DNA of 64,000 bases from Felis catus (lineage: Eukaryota): contig NC_058368.1 of assembly GCF_018350175.1 (NCBI RefSeq), forward strand, positions 117,430,001 to 117,494,000, written 5' to 3'. The notes below the pieces were generated by a model. It searched no databases. It was given only the letters and a program-made list of their open reading frames with translations, and was not told the DNA's origin. Numbering within the stretch: position 1 is the first letter of the stretch; each line of letters starts with the position of its first letter. This document shows, piece by piece, positions 61,125 through 64,000 of this stretch. The position numbers and the translations under genes were made by a program.

Positions 61125-62449
61125 CCCTGAGGAGAGCTCCAGTCTGGGCAGCTGGAGTGGGGAGTGGGGTGCCAGAGGGAAACGGCAGAGGATGCCAGGC
61201 TCCTCCCCTAACCCCTGCTGTAGACCCCTCCAGGGGTTCTCTGCTGGTACCACTGCCTGTAGGAAGGGAGCATCCAAATATGGGACTAAGTCAGCAATGG
61301 TTTCTCTCAATCACCACAGGAGAGGACCTGCAGGAAGGCCAAGAGGCAGGAGGGACCCTAGGGCTTGAAAGGCATCCTCCCTGAGAAATGTAAGACATTC
61401 CTAGAGCACATGCTCCCCTCCCCCACCGCTACCACTGAGATTGCTCCATTTAGCTGTCTGGGCTTCTGGGCATTATTCCAATATTGAAAGGTATGGAGGG
61501 GGCCCGGTCCTGATAGCCCTGCCCCCACACCTTACATGGCTTGGAGGAAGAGGGGCAGGAAATCCTGAAGTCAGGTGTTCTACTCCTCTAGATTATAGCC
61601 CTGACCTGGACCCCCCACCCCACCCCTAAAGTCAGAGGCAAATGAGAATGTTCCTGAAGAGGCTTTGGGGAAAGCAGCAAATCCTCTCCACCCCAACCCT
61701 GGGTCCTGGGCCAGGGCTGCCACAGCAAAGGAAGGTTGGGGGAGGCAGAAGGTGTATGGGGGGGAAACTGGCAGCTGAGGCTCATGTGCCAAGAAGGGGG
61801 AAGCTATGTCTGCACAGGCATCCCCCCACCACACTGTCTGACAGAATGAGCTGCGTCCTTGCGTCTCTATTTTTAGTCAGAACTGGAAGGAAAGGAAGTT
61901 CGGGGGCCAAGCCACCAGCCCCAGCTCCTGCTGCCAGCACCCATAGCACGTGGTGCAGGGGGGAGGGGGGCAGGAGGAGCCCAACTCCTCAGGGAGGCAG
62001 GATGGTGCTCCCTCCCACCTGCCAGCACAGGTGCTGGGCCTGATGGATAGGATGAAGGGACATACTCTGGATTGGGGCTGGGGAGGAAGTGCTGCCTCCT
62101 CTCTCTGCCCAAACACTGGCACTGCACTAGGTTTACCTGACATAGTAGAATCTCCTGAAATAGGACTTAGGTAGCTCTGTGATACTTGCTGTTGTGGGTT
62201 CCGTGAGTGGAGCCCCCACCCCCCACATTTCCTGCTTCAAGATTTAAACATCTTGACCTCTGTTACTCTTCACTGGGAGACCGGTATGAGGCGTGAACCC
62301 ATAGTCTCTCCTTCACCAGCCCAGCAGCAGAGCTGGGGGCAAAGAAGGTGGAATTTTCCAGTGTTCCTACTTCACAGCAGAAGGACTCCCTGACTTAAAT
62401 TCCACAGCTGCTATGGTCACTACCTGTGGGTCAGGGAAAGGCACTTTGG

Positions 62450-62669
62450 GTGGCAGTTTAGTTGTTAGGGTTTAGCTCTGCAGTCAGATAGACCTGAGTT
62501 CAAATCCTAACTCCTCTACCTACTAGCTGTGTGACATAGAGGAAGTGGCTAAACCTCTCTGGATCTCTGTTTTCTTGTCTGAAAAGTGGATAATTATAGT
62601 ACCTGCCCCATAGGATTGCTGAAGATTAAATGAGATGTGAGAAAATACACGTAGTAAGTACTTAACTAT
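62450..62669 (+). mobile_element. MIR SINE
   Basis: 'gacctgagttcaaatcctaactcc...ctagctgtgtgac...gaagattaaatgagat'. Confidence 0.85.
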
Positions 62670-62689
62670 TAGTTAATGAAAATTTAAAA

Positions 62690-62863
62690 ATATTTACCTA
62701 TCTTTGAGAGAGGGGGGAAGGTCAGACAGAGAGGGAGACAGAGAATCCCCAAGCTGTCAGCACAGAACCTGACACAGGGCTCGAACCCACAAACCGTGAG
62801 AGAATGACCCAAGCCAAAATCAAGTATCAGAAGCTTAACTTGAGTGAGCCACCCATGTGCCTC
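62690..62863 (-). mobile_element. Can-SINE
   Basis: 'gctgtcagcacagaacctgacacagggctcgaacccac...tgagccaccca'; perfect 20-bp TSD tagttaatgaaaatttaaaa at 62670-62689 and 62864-62883. Confidence 0.93.
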
Positions 62864-63299
62864 TAGTTAATGAAAATTTAAAAGCAGAGCTCAGTCCTGG
62901 GCCTGAACCCCACTGTGTGGCTGATCTCAGGCCCATGTTGCAGACATTACCTCTCAGATCTGACTGGCTTTGTTCACCCCATCACTGCCCCCCAAAGTCC
63001 CAAGCCTCTGACTCCCAGGCAGAAAACAAATGTATAGCCCACCCTCTACCTGCAGAGCTGGAAAAATTCTTCCCTCCAGCCACAAGCTGCAGTTCCTAAG
63101 GCTCCCACCCCCATCTTCCCACCTTTGCCCCCAAGCCCAAGGTGGCTATACACAGCGAATCCTTGTGGAGGAATGGCCTGAGGCACCTTGTCAAGGGTAG
63201 GAATGGAGAGAGAAGGTCGAAGTGTATCTCAGACAAGACTGTCACAGGGAAGAAAGCAGAAACGAGAGTGAAGACTCTACACAAATACAGAGTAAGAGT

Positions 63300-63456
63300 T
63301 TCTGTGGATGGTAAATGCTTTGGAGGAACACATGGGTGAGGTACACAGATGAAGAAGGTCCATGAACCTTCTGAAAGTGTATTCCAAGAGAGGATTCATG
63401 GCCTTCTGCAGATTCTCTGTGGGATCTAGGACCCCAAATCTGCTACAAACCACTAT
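63300..63456 (+). mobile_element. hAT-Charlie-like fragment
   Basis: 'ggtccatgaacc...gagaggattcatggccttctgcagattctc...aaaccact'. Confidence 0.45.
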
Positions 63457-63794
63457 GGACTCTGGCCCAGAAGTCAGGAGATCTGGGCTTTAAATCTTGT
63501 CTGCCTCTCACTCCTCAGCCAGCAACCTTCCTCCTCAGTTTCCCCACCTGCTCCATGAGGAAGTTAGACCAACTGAGGTCTGTGGCCCAGGTCGGGCATT
63601 CCAGGTTTCTGTGAAATCTGATGAGCAGTGATAGAGAGAATAACCAGAACTGAGCCTTGGGAGGCAGATTCCCAGGAAAGTGAGAGGGGGCCTCATCCCA
63701 CCCCTTCCCAGAAGCTGACTTGGTCCATCAGCCAACATGTCAGCCAGCCAGCCGACAGAAACTGAGCTGCATCCCTCCACCAACCAGGGAGGCT

Positions 63795-63808
63795 GTTGCC
63801 ATGGCAAC
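63795..63808. promoter_or_regulatory. Perfect RFX X-box palindrome GTTGCCATGGCAAC
   Basis: Exact 14-bp palindromic consensus in repeat-free sequence. Confidence 0.65.
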
Positions 63809-64000
63809 TTCATATTTATCCACTTTAGCTCCTAATTAAGGGGAAAAGCATATAACATATTGGATGTCAAGGAGGCTTTGTGAGCCTCAATTTAGCAGCC
63901 GTGCCTGGATGTCAACCTCAAGCGTGATTGCTGTTAATCACCTTCCAAATTACCTAGACAGGTCACAAAGGGAAAGGTCTCCAGCAGTGGGGGGAAGCTG

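Noticed and set aside
1..64000. CRISPR array, operon or other novel multi-gene system; naming a host gene
   Set aside because: This is mammalian repeat-rich non-coding DNA with no regularly spaced repeat-spacer array and no exon I can recognise, so any gene name would be a guess

Overview
Mammalian non-coding genomic DNA from a cat-family (Felidae) species. The evidence is about ten tRNA-derived Can-SINEs, including a young CpG-rich SINEC_Fc-type copy, and a felid-type L1 3' end. I find no credible protein-coding exon. The ORF track is random or repeat-derived, and the only recognisable peptide is a decayed L1 ORF2 fragment at about 25.0-25.2 kb. The window is GC-rich and dense in MIR and L2 elements, and it looks like a large intron or gene desert. 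It contains MLT1 and MER34-like solo LTRs, hAT fragments, many microsatellites, and one CpG island (~9.65-10.54 kb) carrying a cluster of CTCF-like motifs and a (GT)20(GC)11 Z-DNA tract. Several repeat-free, motif-rich blocks resemble developmental enhancers: a triple octamer at 17-44, a TGACA cluster at ~3.1-3.6 kb, and RFX X-boxes at 48.1 and 63.8 kb. I cannot name the host or neighbouring gene and see no evidence of a novel multi-gene system. Repeat subfamily names come from my recollection of consensus sequences, and boundaries of old repeats are approximate.
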